Notes: generated by a model not told the origin, from the sequence alone. A DNA stretch of 64,000 bases from Caulobacteraceae bacterium (GCA_947475465.1 CANJLK010000007.1:41559-105558), one strand, 5' to 3'; counted from the first letter of the stretch, positions 8,324 through 18,442 are shown. Translations and numbers: made by a program.

Positions 8324-8743
8324 ATGGACTCTGGTGAAATCCCACTTCTGGCGATGCTTCGCGACCGGGCCAGCTATCTGAGCAACCGTCAGAAGGTCAT
8401 CGCCGAAAACGTCGCCAACGCCGACACGCCCAAGTTCGCGCCCCACGACCTGAAGCCGTTCAGCTTCCAGGCCAGGTCGCAGGCCCCGGGCCTGGCCCCG
8501 GCGGGCGTCCAGGCCATGACCCAGCCGAGCCACATGCAGGGCTCCCACGCCCGTGGCCCGTCCGGCGCCAAGGCCGTGACCATCCACGACTCCGAGACCA
8601 CGCTCGACGGCAACTCCGTCGTCCTGGAAGAGGAGATGATGAAGATGACGGACAGCCGCATGAACTACGACGCGGCCATCAGCTTCTACCAGAAGTCGGT
8701 GGACCTGCTGCGCATGGCGATCCGCAAGCCCGGGGCCGGGTAG
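8324..8743 (+). CDS. flgB: Flagellar basal-body rod protein FlgB
   Basis: YLSNRQKVIAENVANADTP, ETTLDGNSVVLEEEM; alternative start at 8315. Confidence 0.96.
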   Translation: MDSGEIPLLAMLRDRASYLSNRQKVIAENVANADTPKFAPHDLKPFSFQARSQAPGLAPAGVQAMTQPSHMQGSHARGPSGAKAVTIHDSETTLDGNSVVLEEEMMKMTDSRMNYDAAISFYQKSVDLLRMAIRKPGAG

Positions 8744-8752
8744 GCGGGTTAG

Positions 8753-9175
8753 ATGGCCAACAACAACGTTTCCATGACCGGCGCCGCCCAGACCATCGCC
8801 ACCTCGGCGCTGCGCGCCCAGCAGGCGCGGATGCGGATCATCGCCGAGAACCTGGCCAACGCCAATTCCACGTCGAAGACCGCCGGCGGCGACCCCTACC
8901 GCCGCCAGGCCCCGGTGTTCGAGCCCACCCGCGTGCAGGGCGGCACGGGCGTCAAGATGGGCCGCGTGGCCGCCGACACCACCGCCTTCAAGAGCAACTA
9001 CGAGCCGGGCAATCCTTCGGCGGACGCGCAGGGCTATGTGAAGATGCCAAACGTCGATCCGCTGATCGAGGCGCTCGACATGAAGGAGGCCCAGCGGGCC
9101 TACGAAGCCAACCTCAACGTCATCGAGACGGCCCGGTCCATGGACCAGCGCACACTCGATCTCCTCAAGAAGTAG
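8753..9175 (+). CDS. flgC: Flagellar basal-body rod protein FlgC
   Basis: RMRIIAENLANANST, DPYRRQ, YEPGNPSADAQGYVKMPNVD, AQRAYEANL. Confidence 0.97.
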   Translation: MANNNVSMTGAAQTIATSALRAQQARMRIIAENLANANSTSKTAGGDPYRRQAPVFEPTRVQGGTGVKMGRVAADTTAFKSNYEPGNPSADAQGYVKMPNVDPLIEALDMKEAQRAYEANLNVIETARSMDQRTLDLLKK

Positions 9176-9186
9176 GCGGCTAAGCC

Positions 9187-9495
9187 ATGATGACAGCCCT
9201 CGCCGCCGCCAAGGCCTACGGCGCCACTCAAAAGGCCATGACCGTCGAGACCGGCGCCGCCCAGGTCGGCGGAACCGGCGGCGGCTTCGCCGAGATGCTG
9301 AAGTCGGCGATGACCGACGCCATGCACGCCTCCAAGAACGCCGAGACCCAGATCGCCGCCCAGGTCCAGGGCAAGGCCCAGCTGATCGACGTCGCCACCG
9401 CCGTCTCTTCCGCCGAGACCAGCCTGCAGACCGTCATGGCCATCCGCGACCAGGTGATCAGCGCCTACCAGGAAATCATGCGGATGCCGGTCTGA
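9187..9495 (+). CDS. fliE: Flagellar hook-basal body protein FliE
   Basis: C-terminal [18 protein letters not shown]; follows flgC. Confidence 0.96.
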   Translation: MMTALAAAKAYGATQKAMTVETGAAQVGGTGGGFAEMLKSAMTDAMHASKNAETQIAAQVQGKAQLIDVATAVSSAETSLQTVMAIRDQVISAYQEIMRMPV

Positions 9496-9505
9496 CCGCG
9501 TAGCG

Positions 9506-9532
9506 AGTCATCCCCGCGCAGGCGGGGATCCA
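9506..9532. repeat. Single REP-like hairpin F (GTCATCCCCGCGCAGGCGGGGATCCA subtype)
   Basis: aGTCAT-CCCCGC-gcag-GCGGGG-ATCCA: same GTCAT...ATCCA frame as the doublets but a different stem. Confidence 0.8.
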
Positions 9533-9561
9533 GGGCGTCCACCAACTCTCCCCTCCATGAC

Positions 9562-9702
9562 CGTCATGGCCGGGCTCGGAAGCCTGCCCTCGGGCGGGCC
9601 GCGCCGCGGCGCGACCCGGGGGGCCATCCAGAAGCGCCGACGCCCGGCTTTTTCCTGAGAACCCCGCGTATCTGGATCCCCGGGACAAGCCCGGGGATGA
9701 CG
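9562..9702. repeat. CGTC-tagged REP doublet G with a nested hairpin insertion in the left arm
   Basis: cgtcatggccgggc[...insert...]ggccatccag (9562-9631), 40-bp spacer, right arm ctggatccccgggacaagcccggggatgacg (9672-9702). Confidence 0.88.
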
Positions 9703-9755
9703 ACAGTAAGAAACGGCGCGGCCACATCCCCCAAAACTCGTGCTACGCCTTTCCC

Positions 9756-10529
9756 ATGACCGACCCGGCCATCGAGCTTACGGGAATTGTGAAACGCTAC
9801 GGCGCCCACGCGGCCCTGGATGGCGTCAGCCTGTCGGTGGCCAAGGGCGAGTTCACCGCCCTGGTCGGTGGCTCGGGGTCCGGCAAGACCACGCTTCTCA
9901 AGACCATCAACCGCCTCGTCAGTCCCGATGCGGGGGAGGTGAGGGTGCTGGGCGCCAATGTGCGGACCAGCGAGCCGCACAGCCTGCGCCGCAAGATCGG
10001 CTACGTCTTCCAGGAGGTGGGCCTCTTCCCGCACCTGACCGTCGCCGAGAACATCGCCATCACCCCCAAGCTCCTGGGCTGGGACAAGTCCCGTATCGAG
10101 CCCCGCATCGCCAATCTGCTGGGCCTCGTCGACCTCCCGCTCAGCGTGGCGACCCGCGCGCCCTCGGAACTCTCCGGTGGGCAACGCCAGCGGGTGGGCG
10201 TGGCCCGCGCGCTCGCCGCCGAACCGGCCCTGATGCTGATGGACGAGCCGTTCGGCGCCCTCGATCCCCTGACCCGCGACGCCCTGGGATCGGACTACCG
10301 CGCCCTGCATGAGCGTCTGGGCCTGACCACCGTCATGGTCACCCACGACATGGCCGAGGCCGTGCTGCTGGCCGATCGCATCGTCGTCCTCAAGGATGGC
10401 CGGATCGTCGCCGACGGCGCGCCGGCGGACCTCCTGGCCAACACCACCGACCCCGACGTCCGCGCCCTCCTGGAAGCGCCCAAGCGCCAGGCCGAGCGCC
10501 TCAGCGCCAAGCTGGCGGGCGTGTCGTGA
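9756..10529 (+). CDS. Osmoprotectant (glycine betaine/choline-type) ABC transporter ATP-binding protein
   Basis: Walker A GGSGSGKT, LSGGQRQRVGVARAL, LMDEPFGALDPLTR, VTHD. Confidence 0.92.
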   Translation: MTDPAIELTGIVKRYGAHAALDGVSLSVAKGEFTALVGGSGSGKTTLLKTINRLVSPDAGEVRVLGANVRTSEPHSLRRKIGYVFQEVGLFPHLTVAENIAITPKLLGWDKSRIEPRIANLLGLVDLPLSVATRAPSELSGGQRQRVGVARALAAEPALMLMDEPFGALDPLTRDALGSDYRALHERLGLTTVMVTHDMAEAVLLADRIVVLKDGRIVADGAPADLLANTTDPDVRALLEAPKRQAERLSAKLAGVS

Positions 10530-12076
10530 ACGAACGGCTGGCGGCGGCCTTCGCGCTTCTCCCGGAATACCTCGGCTGGCATGTCCTGCTCAGCGCCAGC
10601 GCGCTTCTGCTGGGCGTCGCGATCAGCCTGCCGCTGGCGATCGCGGCCAGCCGCAGCGCCCGCCTGCGCTGGCCGGTCCTGGCCGGCGCCAGCCTGATCC
10701 AGACCATCCCCAGCCTCGCGCTCCTGGCGCTCTTCTACCCCCTGCTCCTGGCGCTTTCGGCGCTCAGCAAGAGTGTGTTCGGCCACGGCTTCTCGGCGCT
10801 CGGCTTCCTGCCCTCGCTCCTGGCGCTGACCCTCTATTCCATGCTGCCGATCCTTCGGAACAGCGCCGCCGGCATCCTGGGCGTCGACGCCGCCATCAGG
10901 GAAGCGGCCGACGGGGTCGGGATGACCTCGCGCCAGCGTCTCTTCCAGGTGGAGATGCCCTTGGCCGCGCCGGTGATCATGGCCGGCATCCGCACGGCCG
11001 CGGTCTGGACCATTGGCGCGGCCACGCTCTCGACCCCCGTCGGCCAGACCAGCCTGGGCAACTACATCTTCGCGGGCCTCCAGACCGAGAACTGGGTCTA
11101 TGTCCTGTTCGGCTGCGCGGCCTCGGCCGTGCTCGCCCTGATCGCCGACCAGCTGCTGGGCCTGCTCGAACTGGCCGCTCGCAAGCGCCGCCGGACGCCC
11201 GCGCTCCTCGGCGCCGCCGGCCTCGCGATCGGCGTGGTCCTGGCGGTCCTGCCGCTGGCCACCTTTGGCAAGCCGGCGAGCTATGTGGTCGGCGCCAAGA
11301 ACTTCTCTGAGCAATATATCCTGGCCGAACTGATCGCCGACAGGCTGCAGGCCGCCGGCGCCGCCGTCACCCGCAAGGAGGATCTGGGCTCGGCCGTGGC
11401 CTACCGCGCGCTGGCCGCCGGCGAGCTCGACGTCTATGTCGACTACTCCGGAACTTTATGGACCAATGTCCTGAACCGTAAGGATAATCCCGGCCGCGCC
11501 GAAGTCCTCCGGCAGCTCACGGCCGAGCTCAAGAAACGCGATGGCGTCACCGTCCTGGGCTCGCTGGGCTTCGAGAACGCCTACGCCTTCGTCATGCGTC
11601 CGGACCGCGCCCAGGCGCTCGGCGTCACATCCCTGGCCGACCTCGCCCGCGAGGCGCCGAAGCTTACCTTCGGCTCGGACCTGGAGTTCCTGTCGCGTCC
11701 GGAATGGAAGGCCGTCGACGCCGCCTATGGCCTCGGCTTCAAGGCCAGGAAGTCCTACCAGCCGACCTTCATGTACCGGGCGCTCGCTGGCGGCGAGGCC
11801 GACGTGATCAGCGCCTTCTCCTCCGATGGCCGGATCGCCGCCGACCGTCTGGTGGTGCTCACCGACCCCAAGGCCGCCATCCCGCCCTATGACGCCGTCG
11901 TCCTGATCTCGCCGAAGCGGGCCGGCGACAAACGCCTGATCGAGGCGCTCACGCCCCTGATCGGCAAGGTCCCCGTCGAGGCCATGCGCGCCGCCAACTA
12001 CAGCGTCGACCGCGACGAGCAGAAGGCCTCTCCGGCCCAGGCCGCTCGGACGCTGGAAGCCGCGCTCAAGCCCTAG
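10526..12076 (+). CDS. Fused ABC permease / OpuAC-type substrate-binding protein
   Basis: QTIPSLALLAL, EAADGVGMT loop, VVGAKNFSEQYILAEL, LGFENAYAF, IPPYDAV. Confidence 0.9.
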   Translation: MNERLAAAFALLPEYLGWHVLLSASALLLGVAISLPLAIAASRSARLRWPVLAGASLIQTIPSLALLALFYPLLLALSALSKSVFGHGFSALGFLPSLLALTLYSMLPILRNSAAGILGVDAAIREAADGVGMTSRQRLFQVEMPLAAPVIMAGIRTAAVWTIGAATLSTPVGQTSLGNYIFAGLQTENWVYVLFGCAASAVLALIADQLLGLLELAARKRRRTPALLGAAGLAIGVVLAVLPLATFGKPASYVVGAKNFSEQYILAELIADRLQAAGAAVTRKEDLGSAVAYRALAAGELDVYVDYSGTLWTNVLNRKDNPGRAEVLRQLTAELKKRDGVTVLGSLGFENAYAFVMRPDRAQALGVTSLADLAREAPKLTFGSDLEFLSRPEWKAVDAAYGLGFKARKSYQPTFMYRALAGGEADVISAFSSDGRIAADRLVVLTDPKAAIPPYDAVVLISPKRAGDKRLIEALTPLIGKVPVEAMRAANYSVDRDEQKASPAQAARTLEAALKP

Positions 12077-12100
12077 GCGCCGGCAAAAACTGCCGACCGG

Positions 12101-12116
12101 GTAGGCTTCCGTTAAC
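12101..12116 (+). promoter_or_regulatory. Probable degenerate CtrA site upstream of fliQ
   Basis: GTAG-gcttccg-TTAAC: only the right half-site is perfect; about 70 bp upstream of fliQ, a known CtrA-dependent promoter in Caulobacter. Confidence 0.5.
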
Positions 12117-12182
12117 CATGCCCGACCGATGGTGCCGGGCATCGCGACCGCGCGATTTCGCCAAGCTTTCCAAGAGGTCCCC

Positions 12183-12446
12183 ATGAACGGCGCCGAGGTT
12201 CTGGACGTCGGACGCGAAGCCATCTGGCTGACCATCCAGCTCAGCGCCCCGATCCTGATCGTGGGTCTCGTGGTGGGCGTGGTCATCGGCCTCCTGCAGA
12301 CGCTGACCCAGATTCAGGAAGCCACCCTGGTGAGCGCGCCCAAGATCGTGGCGATCTTCGTCTCCCTGCTGATCTTCCTGCCGTTCATGGGCGCCCTGAT
12401 GAGCGGCTTCATGCGCCACATCGCCGCCCGCATCTCGGCCATGTAG
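12183..12446 (+). CDS. fliQ: Flagellar export protein FliQ
   Basis: MNGAEVLDVGREAIW...VGVVIGLLQTLTQIQEATLVSAPKI; GAGG RBS. Confidence 0.96.
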   Translation: MNGAEVLDVGREAIWLTIQLSAPILIVGLVVGVVIGLLQTLTQIQEATLVSAPKIVAIFVSLLIFLPFMGALMSGFMRHIAARISAM

Positions 12447-12469
12447 CGGCGGGGCAGGCCGCAAGCCCC

Positions 12470-13225
12470 ATGGAATCCTACGCCACCGCCCAGCAGGTGT
12501 TCGCCGCCGGCCTGGTCTTCGCCAGGCTGAGCGCCATTGTCATGCTGATCCCCGGCATCGGCGAGACCTTCGTGCCGATCCGCATCCGCATCGCCTTCGC
12601 CTTCGCCCTGGCGGTGATGCTGTTCCCGGTGATCGGGGCCACCGCGCCGCCGGTGCCGGCCGATGTCTCGGGCCTCGCCGGGGCGCTGATCAAGGAGACC
12701 CTGATCGGCCTGATGATCGGCTCGATCATGCGCTTCTTCATGTCGTCCCTGGCCGCGGCGGGCGAGATCATCGCGATCCAGTCGACCCTCGGCTTCGCCC
12801 AGACCGCCAACCCCACCCAGGCCGCCCCCTCGACGACGCTGGGCTCCTTCCTGGGCCTGATGGGGCTGGTGCTGATCATGACGACCAACCTGCACCACCT
12901 GTTCCTCATCGCCATCGTGCGGTCCTATTCGCTGTTCCCCTTCAGCCGCGCGGTTCAGGTGCAGGACGCCGCCCAGCTGGCCATCCAGACCACCAGCTCC
13001 TCCTTCGCCCTCGGGGTCCAGCTGGCCGCGCCGATCATCGTCCTGTCGCTGGTGGTCAATATCGCCACCGGCCTGATCAGCCGGGTGATGCCGCAGTTCC
13101 AGATCTTCTTCGTCGTCTCGCCGCTGATGGTGCTGATGTCGCTGTCGATCTTCTCACTCAGCCTCGGCACGATCGGCATGGTGTGGCTCGACCACTACCG
13201 CGACCTGATCGGGGTCTTCGGCTAG
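12470..13225 (+). CDS. fliR: Flagellar export protein FliR
   Basis: VFARLSAIVMLIPGIGETFVPIRIR, ETLIGLMIG, GLISRVMPQFQIFFV. Confidence 0.96.
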   Translation: MESYATAQQVFAAGLVFARLSAIVMLIPGIGETFVPIRIRIAFAFALAVMLFPVIGATAPPVPADVSGLAGALIKETLIGLMIGSIMRFFMSSLAAAGEIIAIQSTLGFAQTANPTQAAPSTTLGSFLGLMGLVLIMTTNLHHLFLIAIVRSYSLFPFSRAVQVQDAAQLAIQTTSSSFALGVQLAAPIIVLSLVVNIATGLISRVMPQFQIFFVVSPLMVLMSLSIFSLSLGTIGMVWLDHYRDLIGVFG

Positions 13226-13228
13226 GCC

Positions 13229-14308
13229 ATGGCTGAGCAAGAGGCCGCCACACGCACAGAAGAGCCCACATCCAAACGCCTGGCGGATGCGCGGGCCAAG
13301 GGCGACGGCGCCAAGACCCCGGACCTGCCCCAGCTGGCGTCGCTGGCGGCCGTCGCCTCGGTGATCGCCCTGGCCGGCGGCATGCTGGCGCGCAACATGG
13401 CCGTGGCGCTGCGTCCCTTCCTCGCCGCACCGGAAACCATGGACCTGCGCGGGCCGGGCGGCGTGGACGTGATGCGGCACGCGGTGATGGCGGCCGCGCC
13501 GTTCATGGCCGCCGTGATGGCAGCGGCCTGTTTCGCGGGCGTAGCCGGTAACCTCGTCCAGACGGGCCTGGTCTTCTCGCCCGAGAAGCTCATGCCGGAC
13601 CTGAGCCGCCTGTCGCCGGCCAAGGGGATCCAGCGCCTGGTCTCCCTCGACGGGCTCATGCAGTTCGCCAAGTCGCTGGTGAAGGTGGCCGCCACCGGCG
13701 CCCTGGCCTGGTGGGTCCTGCGCCCCCACTGGGACGAGTTGCAGCAGCTCTCCCGCATGGATGCGCTCTCGATCATGCCCTTCACCGCCGACATCCTGCG
13801 CCGGGTGGTCTTTGCGGTGACGGGCCTCCTTCTCCTGATCGCCGGGGCCGACTGGTTCTGGCAGCGCTACCGCTTCATGGAGCGCATGAAGATGACCAAG
13901 GAGGAGGTCAAGGAGGACCACAAGCAGGCCGACGGCGACCCGCTGATCAAGGCCAAGATCCGCCAGATGCGCGTCCAGCGGGCCCGCCGCCGCATGATGC
14001 AGGCCGTCCCCGGCGCCACCGTCGTGGTCATGAACCCGACCCACTACGCCGTGGCGCTGAAGTACGACCAGTCGGAGAACCCGGCCCCGCTCTGCGTGGC
14101 CAAGGGCCTCGACGCCGTGGCCCTTCGCATCCGCGCCGTGGCCGAGGCGGCGGGCGTGCCGATCATCGAGGACCCGCCGCTCGCCCGCGCCCTCTATGCG
14201 GCCGTGGAGATCGACGACATCATCCCGCCGGCGCACTATGAGGCCGTCGCCAAGATCATCGGCTTCATCATGGGCGCGGGCCGGCGCGTGGCCGGGCGCG
14301 TCCGCTGA
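13229..14308 (+). CDS. flhB: Flagellar export switch protein FlhB
   Basis: RTEEPTSKRL, MKMTKEEVKEDHKQADGDP, NPTHYAVAL autocleavage motif. Confidence 0.97.
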   Translation: MAEQEAATRTEEPTSKRLADARAKGDGAKTPDLPQLASLAAVASVIALAGGMLARNMAVALRPFLAAPETMDLRGPGGVDVMRHAVMAAAPFMAAVMAAACFAGVAGNLVQTGLVFSPEKLMPDLSRLSPAKGIQRLVSLDGLMQFAKSLVKVAATGALAWWVLRPHWDELQQLSRMDALSIMPFTADILRRVVFAVTGLLLLIAGADWFWQRYRFMERMKMTKEEVKEDHKQADGDPLIKAKIRQMRVQRARRRMMQAVPGATVVVMNPTHYAVALKYDQSENPAPLCVAKGLDAVALRIRAVAEAAGVPIIEDPPLARALYAAVEIDDIIPPAHYEAVAKIIGFIMGAGRRVAGRVR

Positions 14309-14428
14309 GCCCGTCTGTGAACTTTCCTGTGATTATCAAGGTGTTGTGGGACAATGGCGTTGAGTGATTCGCCCGTCGTCGCCGTCCGATCGTGGAAGGC
14401 CGCGGCCGGGAGGGACCCGTCACCGGCC

Positions 14429-16522
14429 ATGGCCGAGCGTTCAACCAGCAAGGCCCGCAAGGGCCGGTTCGATCTTCTGACCGCGGGCGCCATCGCGGCC
14501 TTCCTCGTGGCCGTGGCCTTCGCCGCCGCCCCGGCGCTCAAGGCCGGCCCCGCGACCCTGGCGGGCATGCTGCTGCTGATCGGCCTGGCGGGCGTCGCCT
14601 GCCTGGGCCTCTTCGTCCTGCGCGGGACCGCCGAGCCGGTGGCCGACCCCGGCCAGGCCGACGAACGCCTGATCGCCGCGCTCAGCGAGCCCGCCGCCAT
14701 CGCCGCCCCCGACGGGCGGGTGAAGGCCGCCAACGCCGCCTGGCGCTCCGCGGTGGGCCTGGCCAGCCGCCTGCCCAAGTCCGGTGGCTCGGCCGCCAGC
14801 ATGTTCGCCGCCCTCACCGCCGCGCGCCGGGGCGAAGTCGGCCACGCCTCGATCAAGGCCGGCGGCGCCGAACACGATGCGCTGGTCTCGCCGCTCGGCG
14901 CCCGCCGCTTCCTGGTGCGCCTGACCGGGCAGGGTGGCGCGCTCGCCCTGCCGTCGGCGGCCATGGAGGTGCTCACCGCCTTTTCCGGCGCGCTCCCGCC
15001 GCCACCCAAGGTGCTCGACGCCTTCGCCGCCGCCTCGCCCTTCGGCGCGGCCCTGCTGGAAGGCGATGACGCCTTCACCGCCCTGATCGTCGAGGCCAAT
15101 CCCGCGCTGCGCGCCGTGGCCGGCGGCGGCGAGAAAGGCCAGGTCTTCGGTGACCTGATCGAGCCCGCCAGCCGCGCCGACGCCGCCCTGAAGCTGGCCG
15201 CCGGCGCCCACTCCGGCGCGCCGGTCGAGGTGCGCCTGGCCCACGACCCGGCCCGCATCGCCCACCTCTACCTCTCGAAGAGCGCCATGTCTGAAGAGGG
15301 GGCTCGCTGGGTCGCCTATCTGGTGGACGTCTCCGAGCAGAAGCAGATCGAACTCCAGCTCGCCCAGAGCCAGAAGATGCAGGCCATCGGCCAGCTGGCC
15401 GGCGGCGTCGCCCACGACTTCAACAACCTGCTCACCGCCATCTTCATGCAGCTCGACGTACTGGCCACCCGCCACCCCGTCGGCGACCCCTCCTACGAGG
15501 GCCTCAACGAGATCAAGCAGACCTCCACCCGCGCCGCCGACCTGGTCCGCAAGCTGCTGGCCTTCTCGCGCAAACAGACCGTCCAGCGTGAGATCCTCGA
15601 CCTTGGCGAACTGATCAGCGAGTTCGAGGTCCTGCTGCGCCGGGTGCTCTACGAAGACGTCAAGCTGACCACCGACTACGGGCGCAACCTTCCCCTGGTC
15701 CGCGCCGACCGCGGCCAGCTGGAAACGGCGGTCATGAACCTGGCGGTCAACGCCCGCGACGCCGTGCGCACCCACGGCGGCGGCCAGGTCAAGATCCGCA
15801 CCGCCCGCGTCACCCAGGAACAGGCCCAGGCCTGGGGCTACCCCGGCGCCCAGGGCGACCAGGCCCTGATCGAGGTCTCCGACGACGGCCCCGGCATCGC
15901 GCCCGAGATCGCCGACAAGATCTTCGACCCCTTCTTCACCACCAAGCCGGTGGGCGAGGGGACGGGCCTTGGCCTCGCCACCGTCTACGGCATCGTCAAG
16001 CAGTCGGACGGCTGGATCGCGGTCGGTTCGGCGGACGGCGGCGGCGCGGCTTTCCGCATCTTCCTGCCCGTCTTCGTGCCGGTGGCCGGCGCGGCCCCCG
16101 CCGCCGTCCCGGTAGCTCCCAAGCGTCCCGTGGCCCGCGACCTCTCCGGCGCCGGCCGCATCCTCTTCGTCGAGGACGAGGACGCCGTGCGCGGCGTCGC
16201 CGCCAAGCTGTTGCGCAACCGCGGCTACGAGGTGATCGAGGCGGCCAGCGGCGAGGAAGCCCTTGAACTGGCCGAACAGCACGCCGGCACCATCGACCTG
16301 ATGATCTCCGACGTGGTCATGCCCGGCATGCAGGGCCCGGACCTCCTGAAACAGGCCCGCGTCTACCTGGCCGGCGCGCCGGTGATGTTCATCTCAGGCT
16401 ACGCCGAGAGCGAATTCTCCGACCTCCTGGAAGGCGAGACCAACGTCTCCTTCCTGCCCAAGCCCATCGACATCAAGACCCTGGCCGAACGCGTCAAACA
16501 GGAACTCCAGAAAGCCGCCTGA
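14429..16522 (+). CDS. cckA: Cell-cycle hybrid histidine kinase CckA
   Basis: Two N-terminal TMs, PAS-like regions, [22 protein letters not shown]-box, HATPase, C-terminal receiver; position after flhB. Confidence 0.92.
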   Translation: MAERSTSKARKGRFDLLTAGAIAAFLVAVAFAAAPALKAGPATLAGMLLLIGLAGVACLGLFVLRGTAEPVADPGQADERLIAALSEPAAIAAPDGRVKAANAAWRSAVGLASRLPKSGGSAASMFAALTAARRGEVGHASIKAGGAEHDALVSPLGARRFLVRLTGQGGALALPSAAMEVLTAFSGALPPPPKVLDAFAAASPFGAALLEGDDAFTALIVEANPALRAVAGGGEKGQVFGDLIEPASRADAALKLAAGAHSGAPVEVRLAHDPARIAHLYLSKSAMSEEGARWVAYLVDVSEQKQIELQLAQSQKMQAIGQLAGGVAHDFNNLLTAIFMQLDVLATRHPVGDPSYEGLNEIKQTSTRAADLVRKLLAFSRKQTVQREILDLGELISEFEVLLRRVLYEDVKLTTDYGRNLPLVRADRGQLETAVMNLAVNARDAVRTHGGGQVKIRTARVTQEQAQAWGYPGAQGDQALIEVSDDGPGIAPEIADKIFDPFFTTKPVGEGTGLGLATVYGIVKQSDGWIAVGSADGGGAAFRIFLPVFVPVAGAAPAAVPVAPKRPVARDLSGAGRILFVEDEDAVRGVAAKLLRNRGYEVIEAASGEEALELAEQHAGTIDLMISDVVMPGMQGPDLLKQARVYLAGAPVMFISGYAESEFSDLLEGETNVSFLPKPIDIKTLAERVKQELQKAA

Positions 16523-16609
16523 CCCCACGACCATCCGCGCAGCGGCTCGGATGAGGGGTGGCCGCCCTACGCCTTGGCGATCCGCGAAGCGGAAGCCAAG
16601 ACAGCGACG

Positions 16610-16676
16610 AACAACACGGAAACCACGGAATCGAAACGGCCCGCCTACCGTGCTCTTCCCGTGTTTTCCGTGGTTC
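16610..16676. repeat. ACCACGGAA / TTCCGTGG-type inverted repeat element
   Basis: aacaacacggaaaccacggaa (16610-16630) ... ttcccgtgttttccgtggtt (16656-16675); a second half-copy lies at 19629-19645. Confidence 0.6.
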
Positions 16677-16762
16677 AAGATCTTCCCTCCCAAAGCCCCC
16701 ATCGACGCCTCGCCCGACCCGCCCTAACAATCGGCGCCAGACCAAAAGCCCAGGGAGCCCCC

Positions 16763-17278
16763 ATGTCCGCCACCAACCTCTTCAGCTTCGTCGACCTGTT
16801 CTCCCGCCAGGTCACAACCGCCAAACACCTGCTGGACAAGGGCGCCGCCCACGCTGCCGCCTCAGGCATCGCGGAAAAAGACATGCTGGCCTGGCGCCTC
16901 GCGCCCGACATGCACCCCTTGGCCTTCCAGCTGATGGTGGTCGCCAACTTCACCCGCAGCTGGACGGCCCGCGCCGCCGGCCTCGAGCCCCCGGCCGGCA
17001 TCGCCGCCGACCTCGACGTCGCCGGCTTCCAGGCCGGCCTCGACGCCGCGCAGGCCTGGCTGGGCGCGCTGACACCGGAGCAGTTCGAAGGCCGCGACGA
17101 CCTGCCCCTGACCTACGAGATCATGCCCGGCATGGCGCCCACCCTGCCGGCCGCCAGCTGGCTCACCGTCTTCGCCGCCACCAACATCGGCTTCCACACC
17201 ACCATGACCTACGCGATCCTGCGCAACCACGGCGTCCCCCTCGGCAAGGCCGACATGTTCGCGGCGGGGCTGGGGTAG
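16763..17278 (+). CDS. DUF1993 family (DinB-like) protein
   Basis: LLDKGAAHAA...RLAPDMHPLAFQ...NIGFHTTMTYAILRNHGVPLGKAD; GGGAG RBS. Confidence 0.88.
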   Translation: MSATNLFSFVDLFSRQVTTAKHLLDKGAAHAAASGIAEKDMLAWRLAPDMHPLAFQLMVVANFTRSWTARAAGLEPPAGIAADLDVAGFQAGLDAAQAWLGALTPEQFEGRDDLPLTYEIMPGMAPTLPAASWLTVFAATNIGFHTTMTYAILRNHGVPLGKADMFAAGLG

Positions 17279-17364
17279 GGGGCGGGAAGCGAGATGGGGC
17301 GGTCCGAAGGTCCGGAGTGGGTGGAAGGCGGGCACTAGCTCACGATCCGTCCCCGCATCGCCGA

Positions 17365-18000
17365 TCAACGATCCCCTTGGCGCCGCTCTACCTGAACCGC
17401 GACCTCGTTGCGGCGCAAGAACGGCAGCGTCCACGGCGGGTCGTAGAACCATCCCTGGGGCTCGCCTGCGGTCATCCAGGCCGCGCGGACCAGTTCTGCA
17501 GCCAGTTGCTTCTGTTTCAAAGCCACGGCGCCGGGCGAGCGGCTGCCTGAAAAGGCCAGAACGGCGTAAGTCTGGGGCGGCAACTGAACCAGCCTCACCC
17601 TCGCGTCCTTGGGTTTGGGCAGGGCGGCCAGATTGTATTTGGCCGGCATGTAGAACCGGATGCGCCAGCCCGCCTCGGTCGGCTGCTGCGCCACGGGCGC
17701 AGTCATGGCGATCTGTTCGCCCGTGTTGGCCTGCGCGACCGGCGCGGTCATGGCAATCTGGGTGGACGAGGCGTTTGCGCCGAAGATGTAGCCCGCGATA
17801 AGTCGGAACCCCTTATTTCGCGCCAGCGCCTCGTCGCCGGCGACCAGGGCCTCGGCGGCGATACGCCCCTCGTATTGCCGAACCTCGATGGCGCCGATCC
17901 GCTCAACCACCTGATAGCGCGGCTCTTCGGTTGCGCCACGAACCCCGAAGGTCTGTAGGATGGCAGCCGCCAGTGTTGCGACGATGCTCGTTCCCGCCAT
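17365..18000 (-). CDS. SOUL family heme-binding protein
   Basis: TEEPRYQV, GFRLIAGYIFGAN, IAMTAPV (twice), FYDPPWTLPFLRRNEV. Confidence 0.92.
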   Translation of the reverse strand: MAGTSIVATLAAAILQTFGVRGATEEPRYQVVERIGAIEVRQYEGRIAAEALVAGDEALARNKGFRLIAGYIFGANASSTQIAMTAPVAQANTGEQIAMTAPVAQQPTEAGWRIRFYMPAKYNLAALPKPKDARVRLVQLPPQTYAVLAFSGSRSPGAVALKQKQLAAELVRAAWMTAGEPQGWFYDPPWTLPFLRRNEVAVQVERRQGDR

Positions 18001-18109
18001 GGCCGTGTCCCTTTGAGATCGATTGGCTTGCGCTTGGACCAACTACCAATTTGACGACGACACCGTTGTTCGCGCCGCTCCGCGCCCTCAAGGCGCGTCC
18101 AGAAAATCG

Positions 18110-18442
18110 CTAGCCTTGCCTGGCGGCGTCGAGCCATTGGGACTTGCGCATCTCGACGGCGAACCGCCCGCAATCAGGCGGGCAGGCCTGTTTGGGGACG
18201 CTTAGGGCCGGGCAGGCCACGCGGCGTTCCGGTGCCAGGGCGAGCCAGGAGAGGCATTCAGAGGATGGTCCGCTGAAGATGATTCTGTCCTCCCGCCACA
18301 CAATCACTCGGGCGGCGCTGCGGTGCCCTTCGAGAAGGGTGATCGCAGCGTCAGCGGCGGAAGCATCATCTTCCCGGTCGATCGGAATGAACGCCGGGGC
18401 TACGCCCGTGGCATAGAAAGGAAAGACCGTGTAGAAGACCAT
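18110..18442 (-). CDS. Hypothetical protein
   Basis: 110-aa ORF with a DDASA...ARVIVWREDR pattern and Cys-rich tail; atypical codon usage. Confidence 0.55.
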   Translation of the reverse strand: MVFYTVFPFYATGVAPAFIPIDREDDASAADAAITLLEGHRSAARVIVWREDRIIFSGPSSECLSWLALAPERRVACPALSVPKQACPPDCGRFAVEMRKSQWLDAARQG

